From: Vicugna vicugna
Taxonomy: Eukaryota
Direction of reading: 5' to 3'
NCBI GenBank assembly: GCA_013265495.1
Contig: MU058687.1
Location: forward strand, 4,152,093 to 4,216,092
DNA length: 64,000 bases
The position numbers were made by a program, and so were the translations under genes. Shown one piece after another: positions 1 through 11,725 of the stretch. The notes beneath the pieces were generated by a model. The model had not been told where the DNA came from. It was given only the letters and a program-made list of their open reading frames with translations, and made no database searches. Within the stretch, counting starts at the first letter, position 1. Each line of letters begins with the position of its first letter.

Positions 1-630
1 TGGGGCTTCCTGCTGTGGCCCACTGGTATTTGAATATTGTTTTCACACTGTCTCCCAGGGCCACATACTGACACCAGCTAAGGCTAGCACGTCCTTTATC
101 TCCATCAGTGACGTTGTGAAAGAGAGAGAACTGCTCTGATGTTTGCTTAGTTGAATCCTCCCTACCCCCAGTGTCTTCCTTTCTGGGGTCTGAAGATAGT
201 GGTTCACTCTTTATGTCACTGCACATGGTGGCAGACTGGTGCTGACAGGGACCACACCTCCAGCTGGCTATTTCTGCTCCCCTTACCCCATTTTTCAGGC
301 CGTAATGAAACTTCTTTCACAAGCAACCCAGCTTCTCCAGCTACTGTGAGATGGAACCTCCTGTAGAAATCCACAAAGTCAAGTCTATGTTGAGAGCAGA
401 AGTGGAAAAAGAGAAGATTGAGTAAAAATTGTTAGCTGTACAGGTGATAAAAAAAAAAAAACCTATGGGATAAGGGAGTGACTTTTTTTTTAATCAGAAT
501 TTACAGATTCATACTTACTTAGAAAAGATCGGAGGCTTTTGAGTCTAACCCAGTATCTCAGGCATAAATACCCTTGACAGAACTCTCAAATGCCATGTGG
601 ACTCTATGGGAACGTTTTCTGTTTCCCATA

Positions 631-770
631 TGCTGTACTGAATGCTTTGCAGCAAATAGTTTATTGAATCATTGCAATAACTGTATGAGGTGCTGTTTCA
701 TTCTCAGTTTTCATCTGTGGACTTGGAATCACGGATAGGTTAAATAACTTGTCTTAGGTCACCCAGTTCC
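631..770 (-). mobile_element. MIR SINE fragment
   Basis: Antisense MIR core: ...ttctcagttttcatctgtggacttggaatcacggataggttaaataacttgtcttaggtcacccag. Confidence 0.65.
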
Positions 771-814
771 TCTGGGCCTTCCACTCCAGCCTGCACACCT
801 GTGCTTGGCATATT

Positions 815-1660
815 CTGCCGCTCCCAGGGAACAAGGGAGTGCACCTCTTCAAGAAGCAGCCATTTCACTTGTGGGTAGCACTAAATATAGTCGTACCTCA
901 GAGATACTGCAGGTTTGGTTCCAGACCATCTCAATAAAGTGAATATTGAAATAAAGCGAATATTGCAATAAAGTGAGTCCCATGAACTTTTTGGTTTCCC
1001 AGTGCATATAAAAGCTATAGTATTTATAGTATATTGTAGTCTATTAAGTGTGCAGCAGCATTATATCTAAAAAATATTTATACCTTAATTTAAAAATACT
1101 TTATTGCTAAAAAATGCTGACAATCACCTGAGCCTTCAGTGAGTTGTAGTCTTTTTGCTGGTGGAAGGTTTGAAATATTGCAAGAATTGCTAAAATGTGA
1201 CAGACACGAAGTGAACAAATGCCATTGAAAAAATGGTGCCAATAGACTTGCTTGACAGATGGTGGCCACAAACCTTCAATTTGTAAAACGTGCAATATCT
1301 GTACAGCACAATGAAGTACATTGAAATAAAATAATGGGGGGCTTTTATCTAAAAGTTTCCCTTTTTATCATAAACTGAAGTCTGTATTCTTCTAGTATCT
1401 TTTTTGATCATGATTCTGGTTTTGGGAACTAAACAGGATTTATTCACTGCATTAATATTTTCTTGGTACTTTGCCATAGACACCTGGGATCTGCGGAACT
1501 GATTAAACTTAAACCCTCTTCTGCAATAGACCTTTAGTTGGTTAAAGAGGACTGTCATTTTCCCACTGAAATGTTGTCAGTCATTCTCAGGATAAACATC
1601 ACATTTCTTCACCTTGTCCTTATCTGTCATGGTTTTCAGTTCCTTCATAATCCGATTGTC
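815..1660 (-). mobile_element. L3/CR1 LINE remnant, split by the Tigger1a element (L3 parts ~815-887 and ~1346-1660)
   Basis: CR1-like antisense text (aagaagcagccatttcacttgtgggtagcactaaat) resumes after the Tigger as tctaaaagtttccc...ctcaggataaacatcacatttcttcacc...catggttttcag. Confidence 0.6.
888..1345 (-). mobile_element. Internally deleted Tigger1 (Tigger1a-type) TcMar DNA transposon
   Basis: Starts after TA with degenerate TIR tagtcgtacctcagagatactgcaggtttggttccagacc; Tigger1-diagnostic tttggtttcccagtgcatataaaag and aaaatggtgccaatagacttgct...ccacaaaccttcaatttgtaaaa; the two Tigger1 ends are joined directly. Confidence 0.9.
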
Positions 1661-2005
1661 ATTGAAGGGAATGGAGGAAGGTGAGGAGGGTCCGTGCCTT
1701 CACTGAATGCAAGGAAGGCTTCAGTACCAGGGAACTGTGTGGGCTATGCCCCTTCAAGCAGCAGGCATGTGTTACTAATGCAATAACCCATATGATTATT
1801 GGACATTGTAGCATCATTTGGACTCTGGGTTTGTGTGACCAGTGGGATTCACTGGTATATTTCTAAGGGTGAATGCTAGTTTCATATTCTTAAGAAAGAT
1901 ACCTTAGGCCCACAATAGGGAGCATCACATTTACTGCCTAGTCTTGTTTCTCAAAATAGTCCTAGGCTGAGTGTGGTTAAGTCACATATTTCAAAAGCAA
2001 GGCTA

Positions 2006-3055
2006 CAAAAATACAACCTACAGAATGGGAGAAAATATTTGCAAATGATGCGACTGACAAGGGCTTAATTTCCAGAACATACAAATAGCTCATACAACTT
2101 AACAAAAAAACAGCTAATCCAAAAAAGGGCAGAAGATCTAAACAAGCAATTGTCCAATGAAGACCTACAAATGGCCAATAGGCACATGAAAAAGTGCTCA
2201 GTATTGCCAATTATCAAAGAAATGCAAATCAAAACTACAATGAGGTATCACCTCACACGAGTCAGAATGGCCATCATTCAAAAGTCCACAAATGATAAAT
2301 GCTGGAGACGGTGTGGAGAAAAGGGAACCCTCCTACGCTGTTGGTGGCAATGCAGTTTGGTGCAGCCGTTGTGGGAAACGGTATGGCGATTCCTCAAAAG
2401 ACTATAAAAATAGACTAACCGTATGATCTAGCAATCCCACTCCTTGGCATATATCCAGAGGGAACCTTAATTCAGAAAGACACCTGCACCCCAGTGTTCA
2501 TAGCAGCACTGTTTACGATAGCCAAGACATGGAAACAACCTAAATGTCCATCAATAGATGACTGGATAAAGAAGTTGTGGTATATTTATACAATGGAATA
2601 CTACTCAGCCATAAAAAATGATAAAATGCTGCAATTTGCAGCAACATGGATGGCTCTGGAGAATGTCATTCTAAGTGAAGTAAGCCAGAAAGAGAAAGAC
2701 AAATACCATATGATACCACTTGTATGTGGAATCTAAAAAAAAAAGACAAATGAACTTATTTACAAAACAGAAACAGACTCACAGGCATAGAAAACAAACT
2801 TATGGTTACCAGAGGGGAAGAGGGTGGGAAGGGATAAACTGGGAGCTCGAGATTTGCAGATACTAATATATATAAAGTAAACAGGTTTATACTGTATAGT
2901 ACAGGGACGTATATTCAACATTGTAATAGCTTATGGTGAAAAATAGTATGAAAATGAATGTACATATATTCATGTATGACTGACAGAAGCATTGTGCTGT
3001 ACAGCAAAAATTGACACAACATTGTAAACTGACTATACCTCAGTAAAAAAAAAAA
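2006..3055 (+). mobile_element. 5'-truncated L1 (ORF2 C-terminus + 3'UTR + polyA), Cetartiodactyla/camelid type, copy A
   Basis: ORFs 2150-2407 and 2494-2736 translate to L1 ORF2p C-terminal motifs ([62 protein letters not shown]); 3'UTR aatgaacttatttacaaaacagaaacagactc; A11 tail 3045-3055. Confidence 0.95.
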
Positions 3056-3911
3056 CCTACAAATGGCCAATAGGCACTTGAAAAAATGCTCAATATTGCT
3101 AATTATCAAAGAAATGCAAATCTAAACTACAATGAGGTATCACCTCACACCAGTCAGAATGGCCATCATTCAAAAGTCCACAAATGATAAATGCTGGAGA
3201 GAGTGTGGAGAAAAGGGAACCGTCCTACACTTCTGGTGGGAATGTAGTTTGGTGCAGCCATTATGGAAAACAGTATGGCGATTCCTCGAAAGACTAAAAA
3301 TAGACTTACCACATGATCCAACAATCCCATTCCCAGGCATGTATCTGGAGGAAACTCTAATTTGAAAAGATACATGCACCCCAGTGTTCATAGCAGCACT
3401 ATGTACAATTACCAAGGTGTAGTCAGATGACTGGATAAAGAATATGTGCTAGATTTGTACAGTGGAATACTACTCAGCCATAAAAAATAAGATGCCATTT
3501 TCAGCAACATGGGTGGACCTGGAGATTGTCATTCTAAGTGAAGTAAGCCAGAAAAAGAAAGAAAAATACCATATGATATCACTCATATGTGGACTCTAAA
3601 AAAACAAAAAAAGACACAAATGAACTTATTTACAAAACAGAAATAGACTGACAGACATAGAAAACAAACTTATGGTTACCAGGAGGGGAAAGGAGGTGGG
3701 AAGGAATAAACTGGGAGTTCAAGATTTGCAGATATTACTATATATGAAATAAATAACTTTCTACTGTAGAGCACAGGGAACTATATTCAATATCTTGTAG
3801 TAACCTATAATGAAAAAGGATATGGAAAGGAGTATGTATATGTATGACTGAAACATGTTATACACTGGAAATTGACACAACATTGTAAACTGACTATACT
3901 TCAATTAAAAA
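3056..3911 (+). mobile_element. Second L1 3' end (ORF2 C-terminus + 3'UTR), copy B, head-to-tail with copy A
   Basis: Begins cctacaaatggccaataggcac, homologous to 2164 onward; ORF 3132-3365 is an ORF2p remnant; ends gtaaactgactatacttcaattaaaa. Confidence 0.95.
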
Positions 3912-4066
3912 TAATCAAATGTTTTACAAGGATGTGGAGAAATAGGAACACTTGCGCATTAAAAAAAAATAAAGTCAAGGCTAAATTTATCGTTGGCCTT
4001 AGGAACATCTCAAGGTATCACTAGACAAGGAAGCTATGGTTTTGCCAAGTATCAACTGATGTAGAA

Positions 4067-4255
4067 TCATTGAATGCTAGACCTAGTCAGAAACGTAAAA
4101 GTTGTCTCTCTGGTACTGGTAATTTACAAAGGAGGAACTGAAGTTCAGAGTGGTTTTATATATATATAATTTGTCCAAAGTCACACAGTAGCCATGGTGG
4201 GACTCGTAACTCAGTATTTTGAATCTTAGACCAGAGATCTCTATCCTAAAGCAAC
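4067..4255 (-). mobile_element. MIR/MIR3 SINE
   Basis: atttacaaaggaggaactgaagttcagag...aatttgtccaaagtcacacag. Confidence 0.7.
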
Positions 4256-4714
4256 ATCAGGAGGTGCTTTAGCTTAGTGGCTTTGAGGTGGTCGTCCTGT
4301 GTAGCTAACAGCTAGCTGCTTGTGCAATACAGCTCAAAACCATTCTGCACAAGCTCAGTGGGTCCTTGTGGGTTTTTTTTTAACATGTAATAGTCCCTTT
4401 ATTTATTGCAAATAGGCTAGGCAATTAATTCACAGTTAGCAACTTATGGCCTGGAAAAATCTCATTACCAAACCTTACATTATCAACACATCTGTTTAAA
4501 AAGAAATACTTAAAGCAGTGGTCTGAATATTCAGATTACTGATCATCTCCAAGAATGGGGGAACCACTGAAAGGCAACTTGGGAGAGAGTGTAGGGTTGT
4601 ACCAAGGTTATTAAACCCACTGAAACTCACACATAAGAGGTATAAAAAGGGAATTCACATTTATTGAGTACCTGTTATGTTCCAGGTACGATTTGATGCT
4701 TAATTTAAGTTACA

Positions 4715-4900
4715 GAAGCTTTGGTGTCAGACGAGAGCTGGATATGAATCCCCGTTCCATCACTGGCTATTATACAGTCTTGGGAGGATTTTTAACCTCT
4801 CTGAACCTCAGTTTTCAAACCTTTTTGGGGTCATGAAGCTTAAATAAGATAATTATGTAAAAATCTTAGTACCACACCTGAACTTTATAAGTGCTCAATA
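4715..4900 (+). mobile_element. MIR SINE
   Basis: gctttggtgtcagac...gaatcccc...ttaacctctctgaacctcagttttc...gtgctcaata. Confidence 0.8.
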
Positions 4901-4904
4901 CCTA

Positions 4905-5075
4905 GAGGGGTATTATCTCTCATTTAAATTTTAGAACAAGCTTATAAATTTTATGGTATCATTCATATTTTTTAGATAATTAAACCAGGGCTCAGAAAGA
5001 TTGCCATAGTCACAAAGTTAGTGAATCCTGGAGGCAGCATTTTAAAAACTCAGTCTGTCAGATTTTCTGTTATAC
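4905..5075 (-). mobile_element. MIR SINE fragment
   Basis: cattcatatttttagataattaaaccagggctcagaaag...gtcacaaagttagtgaa. Confidence 0.6.
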
Positions 5076-6050
5076 TTTGTCATTCCTAAAACTGAGGGGT
5101 CTTCAAGGTGGGATCTGGTATCACAGGAGGGAGAAGGAGCTGTGGGACGTGGAGAGGCCCCTGTTTATCTTCCAACCCTGTTTGTTCTCTGCTTCAGGAC
5201 TTCCGGGGGGACCTAAGGAACAAGCAGAACTGGGATTTGTGCACTGACGTAAATCCAGGATCTAGAGGAGTGATCAGCATCTTCCACCTCCTCTTCCCCA
5301 CACTCTTGGTTCCTAAGTAAAGGAGAGGCACTCTAGTTTCCATGGGGCTGGTTGAAAGAACAGTAAATGGGTGCAGCTTGGGACTGGTGAGACAGACTTT
5401 GCCCTGTCCCAGTTTGTCCAGGGCCACCACATACTGTACACCTGCATTCACGTAGATGTACACACACACACTGCACTCTTCCACCATAAACCTAGACCTC
5501 TCTAAATTTTGCTTCATCTGTCTGTCTCCTGCTATCAAGCATGTATCAAGCGTCCCATTGCCAAGGATAGTAAAACAGCTCGATCTGTGCTTGTGGAGGG
5601 GAAAAATAATGAAAGGCCGAATCAAAGTCTAAATGAATGGGGCTAACTCCGAGACTTACTCCACGGAAGTTAGAATTCCGGTTCACCATCTGACAAATCT
5701 GGAGAAACTTGGTGCCTGCATGCCCATCCGCTCTACGCTCAGACACATGCACAGGTTGGGATTTTCTGGTGGGAAGAGGTGGAGACGGGCATAGAGGAGA
5801 ATCGTCCAGGAGCTCCCATCGGCTGGGGCCAGCATCTTGACCCTGTAACAGCTATTCCCATATCCCAGCGTTACTTGTAGAGAGGCGAGAGTCAGCGCTG
5901 CTTACAGTGAACAGATGGGCAGGCATGGCAGGAGTGATGCTCGGATCCAAGGAGAAGCAGGCTCACGCATCCTGGGCAGGCACCTCTACCAGCTGAAACA
6001 ACGTCTCTGACCTTGCAGCTCTCCTTGGTGAGAAGAGCTCCTGGTGTGAT

Positions 6051-6200
6051 ACCTCCTCCTCCCCCTCCACATTCTCTTTTCCTTTGTCCTTCCGTGTCCC
6101 CTTTACCTTTGCCCCCTTTTCCTCTTATTCATCCCCTCTCTTCTGTTTTATTTCTTCCTGATCAATCTCACCTAGTCCTTTCTTCCCTTACCTGTCTTTA
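6051..6200. repeat. Pyrimidine-rich low-complexity tract
   Basis: About 150 bp dominated by C/T on the + strand. Confidence 0.75.
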
Positions 6201-7916
6201 TTTTAGGCTTGATACAGCAATAGTGCCTGCCGTTTAATAGACAGTTCCCTCCCAGAGGGATGAAATTGACCCTGGTTTATTAAGAATAATTGGCAAGGGG
6301 GCTACCATAACTGGGCTGGCACCTAGGGCTACCTTAGACAGGTGACAGAGGTAAAAGAAGACACGCCCCCCCCCCCCGGCCTCTGTGAGCACATTGTCTA
6401 GCCTGGAAGCCATATCCATTTGAACTATAGTAAATGAGAAAGGGTCTTGGCAAGGGGAAATGTGACACTGTAAACCCAGGTAGTTAAAATACAAGTGCGG
6501 AACGCAGGGCAATGCACGGGGCTCAGTCCCTACTTGAGGATGTGACTTGGCTGCTGCAGAAACAGGCCCTTGCTGCCTAATGCTGGGTTTGCCTCTGGGG
6601 TTTTCTGTAAATAGATATTGATGACAGTGGTGTGATGATGAAGCAGTATGTCCTCAGAATGAATCTGGACAGAATCATTTCTTTGTAAATTTTCTTTTCC
6701 CCTTTCTTTCTTTGTTCCTTCAATTTTCTCATTTTTGCTCACCGTTTTTTCACCTTCCTGCTTTTCTTGCCCTCAATTCCTTCAAAACACTTTATTCCCC
6801 CTATGTGTAGAGCACGCTTCCTTGTTTTTTTCCTACGTGTAGAGCATCCTGTTTCTTTTCACTTCAGAGTGGTATTCCTGGGGGATTTGATGGAGCCGTT
6901 GAACATTGTAAATCAACAAACTTCAACAAAATAAATAAAAATGAAACTATGAATCTACAAAACAAAACAAAAAACCCTTGACTTCCTTAGGACACTTATT
7001 CTGTCTTCATGAAATGCCACTCAGTAAACCAATCTCTAGATTAGAGTTCTGTTAGGAGAACTCTACTGTTGGGAAGAATCTTCATAAAGAATTGTCACCA
7101 GTGGATGATTACCAGTCTTCTAAGTACATTGGTAATAATTCATTTTTAAAAATAAACACTGATTTTTATGATTACAAAAGCAATATATGTTCACTGTAGA
7201 AAATTTGGAATATATGGAAATATATTTACTCAACTTTTACTTAGGTTGAAGCAACGCCCCCATCAATCTCGCATCTTAAATAAGATGATTTGGGGGATGA
7301 TGGAAGGGCTATGGTGCAAATAAGGCTAATGCCATGGAATGTGAGCAGAAAACCGTCCATTACCACTGTGGTTTACAACCATTCAGCAAATACTGATTGA
7401 GACCCTATCGTGTGGTAGCCACTAGGATAAATAGCAAAGAATACAAAGGGTGAAAGACGTCTCCAGTCTTCAGGAAGCTTAAGGTCACCCTAGGGATAAC
7501 AGGTGACTGCCTCCAGGAAGATAGATTGGAAGATAGATAGATGAAGCCCATCCGACCGAGATCCCATTCTTACTGCTGCATGAATGGCCTCATTTAAGAT
7601 GCAAGATTGATTGGAGGTGGGGGAGGAAGGGGGAAAGAGTGGGCCTAGATCTGAGTCAGAACAGAACTCCAATTTCTCTGCTCCCGGAAACAGCGTAGTA
7701 AGACTTTTCTCTAAAGTAGCAGAGAAACTTCGCCTAGGTTAGGATGAGGGTGTTAGTGTAAAATATTAAAAGAGAGCCAAATAACACACGCCTACATCTG
7801 TAAAGATCACACACACACGCCCACGCAACCTTGCCAGTTTGCTGGTTCCTTTATCTGCGATTCCTTGACTGATAAAATAATCAGTTTTAGATGCAAGACC
7901 AAAATAAAGTAATTTT

Positions 7917-8072
7917 AACATGATGACTGTAGTTAACACTACAGGCATCTACATGACCTGATGATGTTAACTTCTCGTGGTAATCATTTCACAGTATGTG
8001 TAGGTCAAGTCATTATGCTGTACACCTTAATCTTCCACAGTACTGTATGTCAACTATATTTCAACAAAACTG
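7917..8072 (+). mobile_element. Short old L1M 3'-end fragment
   Basis: tggtaatcatttcacagtatg...tcattatgctgtacaccttaa...tgtatgtcaactatatttcaacaaaactgg, typical L1M 3' terminus. Confidence 0.75.
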
Positions 8073-8179
8073 GGACAGGTCATTTATTCCAAAGACTCAC
8101 CATTTCAAAGATGTGTCATACTATATAGAAGAAAGCTCTTGCATAGTATGCTGTTCTTCACACTGCCATTTAAAATGAT

Positions 8180-8885
8180 ATTCATTCAAATATTAGTGCC
8201 TGCAATATGCCAGACACAACATGCAAGACCCTTGAGGGGATACGATGGTGGGCAAAAATTGACCCAGTTTTGGCCTCCTAGAGCTTACAGTCTAGTGACA
8301 GGAGAAAGATACTAAATAATCACCAACTAAATATAGAATTTTAACCTTTCTGAAACTTGAGAAGTATGGAAAGCCAGGACTAGTTGGGGCATCAAGGAAT
8401 ATTTTCCTGAAGGAATGATGCTTAAGTTGATATTTGAAAGGATAAGCAAAAAGTAACCAGGCAAGGGTGCATGTATTCTTCCAGGCAGAAGGTTGTTGTG
8501 AGCCCAAGGGATGAAAAGGAGTATGGCAAGTTCAAGTCCAAGGAATAGAAGCTGGTTGGTGGGGCTTGAACACAGAGCAGGAGGATGGAGGGGGAGCCAG
8601 GGGCGTGGTTATACACCCCTCTGATTGTAGAGTGTGATACTGAGTTAGGCTTGACCCTAAAGGCAGTGGCAGACTGTGAAATAGCTATAAGCAGAGAAGT
8701 AACATGACCGGGATTTATGTTTTAAAGATCGCTTTGGCTGTGGGATGGAGAGTGGATTGGAGGGGGATAAGCATTGATGCTAAAACACTAGTTCTCCAGG
8801 AAAGAGTTGATAGTGGGCTAATTTGGACTTGGGCAGTGACTATGGATGTAAAGGGGAGTGAGTGAATTTAAGGTATATTTAGAAA
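8180..8885 (-). mobile_element. L2 LINE 3' portion
   Basis: ttcattcaaatattagtgcc...gagcttacagtctagtg...atgttttaaagatcgctttggctgtgggatggagagtggattgg. Confidence 0.85.
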
Positions 8886-8888
8886 GTC

Positions 8889-9300
8889 CTGTACTCATAG
8901 CATTTGAGATACCAGGGAAAACAAATCAGAGCTTAGTAAGTAGAGACTTTTATTTAAAAGGATTATCACAAGGAAGAGAAAGGGACTATTGTAATCGGGA
9001 GAATGCTGTGACAGTAAGTTCTGAAAGCACTGGAAAATCAACCAAAACAGAAGAAAGGTTCTTCTTGGGTAAAAAAGGAGGCAAGCAGAGGTATGCAGAA
9101 TCTATGGAGGGAATGTCAGACAGGCAGGGAGTTGCTGTCATTGGGTCTGACAGGAAAGAGGCCTCATTGTGATCGATTGATTCCCAGGAGAAACTGTTAA
9201 GGGGGCCATATTCCACTTTTTTGTGTCTGTTTTCAGGCTTGGGGGCAAGCAGAATTCAACTTCAAGGGCCTGTAGGAATGACTCAAGTTTGATCAAGACA
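8889..9300 (-). mobile_element. Partial ERV1-class LTR (MER31/MER67-like)
   Basis: ttttatttaaaaggattatcacaagg...gactattgtaatcgggagaatgctgtgac resembles MER31/MER67-group LTRs; family assignment tentative. Confidence 0.5.
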
Positions 9301-9559
9301 AAGAAGAGGATGAGAAATGGCAGTGGTGAACCCTTGTTTAGAGGGTACAATCCACCACGTCCCAAAAGGCGACTTTGCAGGGGTAGATAGGAGAGGCCGC
9401 AGCTCCTCAGTGGATCATTGAGTCCTTGCACTCCTTCCTCCGGGGGTAGTCAATATCTTCATTTTATGTGAGGAGTTGGAAAATTTACTCATACCCTTGA
9501 GTTCATTTACCTTCACAACACCCAGAGAAGTCTGTTAGAGTTGGATTAGCAGTCAGTCT

Positions 9560-9690
9560 CCTTGTCCACTTCTTTTATAGAAGAAGGAAGCCATAGTTTT
9601 GAAAGGACCTACCCAAGACATCACAGCTAGATGGTAGGAACGCTGTGACCTGAACCCAGACTTCCAACGTCCAGCCTGGGAACGATCCTA
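9560..9690 (-). mobile_element. MIR SINE fragment
   Basis: ttttatagaagaaggaagcc...acctacccaagacatcacagctag...ctgaacccagact. Confidence 0.55.
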
Positions 9691-9972
9691 CTTAAGATGA
9701 CTGCCTCCCATCTGGCAACTTTCATGACACTTGAGTGTACCGTTGCAGATTCTTCCCAGGAAGCAAAGTGAAGTGCTTTCCACCCTCGCCGTCTGCTCTA
9801 CAGCTTCATTCACAGATATTTGCTATACAGACACACTTCACAGCTATCTTATTCTGACGACTGCAAGACATCAAGCTGAAATTTAATCGCTTACTTGAGG
9901 TTTTGATCACCATCAGTGTGCTCTGTTTTATGCTTAGCTTGGCCATCCTGGGGTTCAGGATGTAGCTCAAAG

Positions 9973-10160
9973 ACAATATGGTGTGGCAGATAGACCATAG
10001 GCTTTGGGGGCAGACAGAACTTGGTTGGAAACCTATGTCTGCCATTCACTAGCTGTTGTCCCCTAGGTCAAATCACTTATGTTCTCTGAGCCCTATTTTT
10101 TTTCATCTGCAGAGTTGGATAATTACAATTGCTTCATTTGGCTGATGCATATTGGATGGG
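9973..10160 (+). mobile_element. MIR SINE
   Basis: aggctttgggggcagacagaacttggtt...cactagctgt...tcacttatgttctctgagccc...tcatctgcagag. Confidence 0.8.
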
Positions 10161-10239
10161 GGTAGTAACGCTAGCCACCATTTTATTGGGCATGAGCTAT
10201 GTGTCAGGCGTTTTGCAAAATGCTTTACAGAATTATCTT

Positions 10240-10450
10240 TCTGTCATTCACTTATTATTAAGCACCTAGTATGTTCTAGGGACACAGAGAAAAAAAAACT
10301 GACAAAATTTTTTGTCCCCATGGAGTTTACAATTTATTGGGGGAGAAATTGAAAATAAGCAGAATACTTGGAAAAATGTGTATGTTTTTGTCAGATAAGT
10401 GTTCTGGAGAGAAGTAAAACAGAAGGGGGATGAGGAAGGACCAGGGGGTA
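10240..10450 (-). mobile_element. L2 3' fragment
   Basis: tcattcacttattattaagcacctagtatgttctagggacacagag...catggagtttacaatttattggggg. Confidence 0.7.
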
Positions 10451-11606
10451 GCTGTGTGTGGTGCAGCTGGGAGGTCGGGCAGTGTGCCTGTTGAGATTAC
10501 AGGCACGGTTGAGCTGATTTGCTTTTTGGTAAAATACAGCAGCTGGTGGATTCCCCCTTCTTTTCTTGCCCCTCCCTCCTTCCCTTCATCCCTTAATGCA
10601 CTGAGCATCTGTGACAGTGCCTCTGTGAGTGACCGGGGACATAAAGATGAATGCTGCTTCTATCCCTTATCTACCTGCTCTTCTACCCACTTAATCTCCA
10701 ATTTGTTCCTCAAAGGTTTAAGTCAAATAAAACGAATAGGAAGTGGTTTGGGATCTGGAAGCTGAACTGTCCTGTCGGAGCCCAAGGATCTAGTGCATTT
10801 CTCAAGTGCACTGTAAGAAACTCTGTTATTACCATGGTGTCTTAGCCTGCACCCCTGGGGTGGGCCCTAGAGATCTGCTCAGCCCATCGCCAGCCTGGCC
10901 TCTTGTCGGGCTCTTTGCAGGTGGTTAGTGCCCTCCCCCGAGCTGTAGGTAGGGCCTTGAGTCTTGGAGCTGCAGCTGCACCCAAGGATAGCTTTGCTAC
11001 CAATACTCACCCACCCTGCCCCTCAGTCCTAGGAGGGGAAGAATGTACCAGGAAGCAGTAGAAAAAGGGCATAGGGAAGGGGACATTTTCAAATCAATTT
11101 CAGAAATCCAGTCTTAGCTATAAACGACAGCTGTGGGTTTAATCACTGAAACTCTTTCCATTCAAGAGCAGCATGTGTCCCCTGAGGAGGGGCACCATTA
11201 TCAAGCAGTCAAGTCATCAGAGCTGCTCAGGGGCTGCTAGGCAGTCTGGCGGAAAGGGGAGGATGGATCCCTTTGTGTCAGTGACCTGAGTGTAGCATCA
11301 CCCCTACCCGGGTCATCCCCCTCACCTGCCAGTCCCTGAGGATTTCCCTGGTGTGTCTGTCATGGAGAGGGTGGTACCATCCCTTACAAGCTAAAGGGGC
11401 CAAGAAGAGCCAGGCCTCAGCGTTGGCCTGAAGAACCTAACGGGCTTCTTGATTTTTAGGGACTGGGGATTCAGGGAGGACTTGTTTTTCTTCCATCTGT
11501 GCCCTCCGCCCCACCGCAGTAACGGCAGCGAGGACAGCTGCGTCCACAGCACACCACAGCAACCACAGTAGCCAAGGCTTGCATAGCACTTTCTAGCAGT
11601 CACTCC

Positions 11607-11725
11607 TTATTCATCCACTATTTATCAACCGTCTGCTACGTGCCGTGCACTGTGCTGTAAGCACTGGGAATAAAGCGGGAGCTCTTAGCCCTTCCCCTTA
11701 CAGAGCTTACAGTCTAGAGGAAGAG
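11607..11725 (-). mobile_element. L2 3'-end fragment
   Basis: ttcatccactatttatcaacc...gcactgtgctgtaagcactggg...gagcttacagtctagagg. Confidence 0.7.

Noticed and set aside
2150..3415. ORFs of 64-85 aa on both strands
   Set aside because: They are L1 ORF2p C-terminal remnants (or their antisense), broken by stops and frameshifts, not host genes.
5660..5689. Peptide end NFRG reminiscent of an ARHGEF3 alternative N-terminus
   Set aside because: Only a 4-residue resemblance recalled from memory, and no further matching exon in the window, so no gene symbol assigned.
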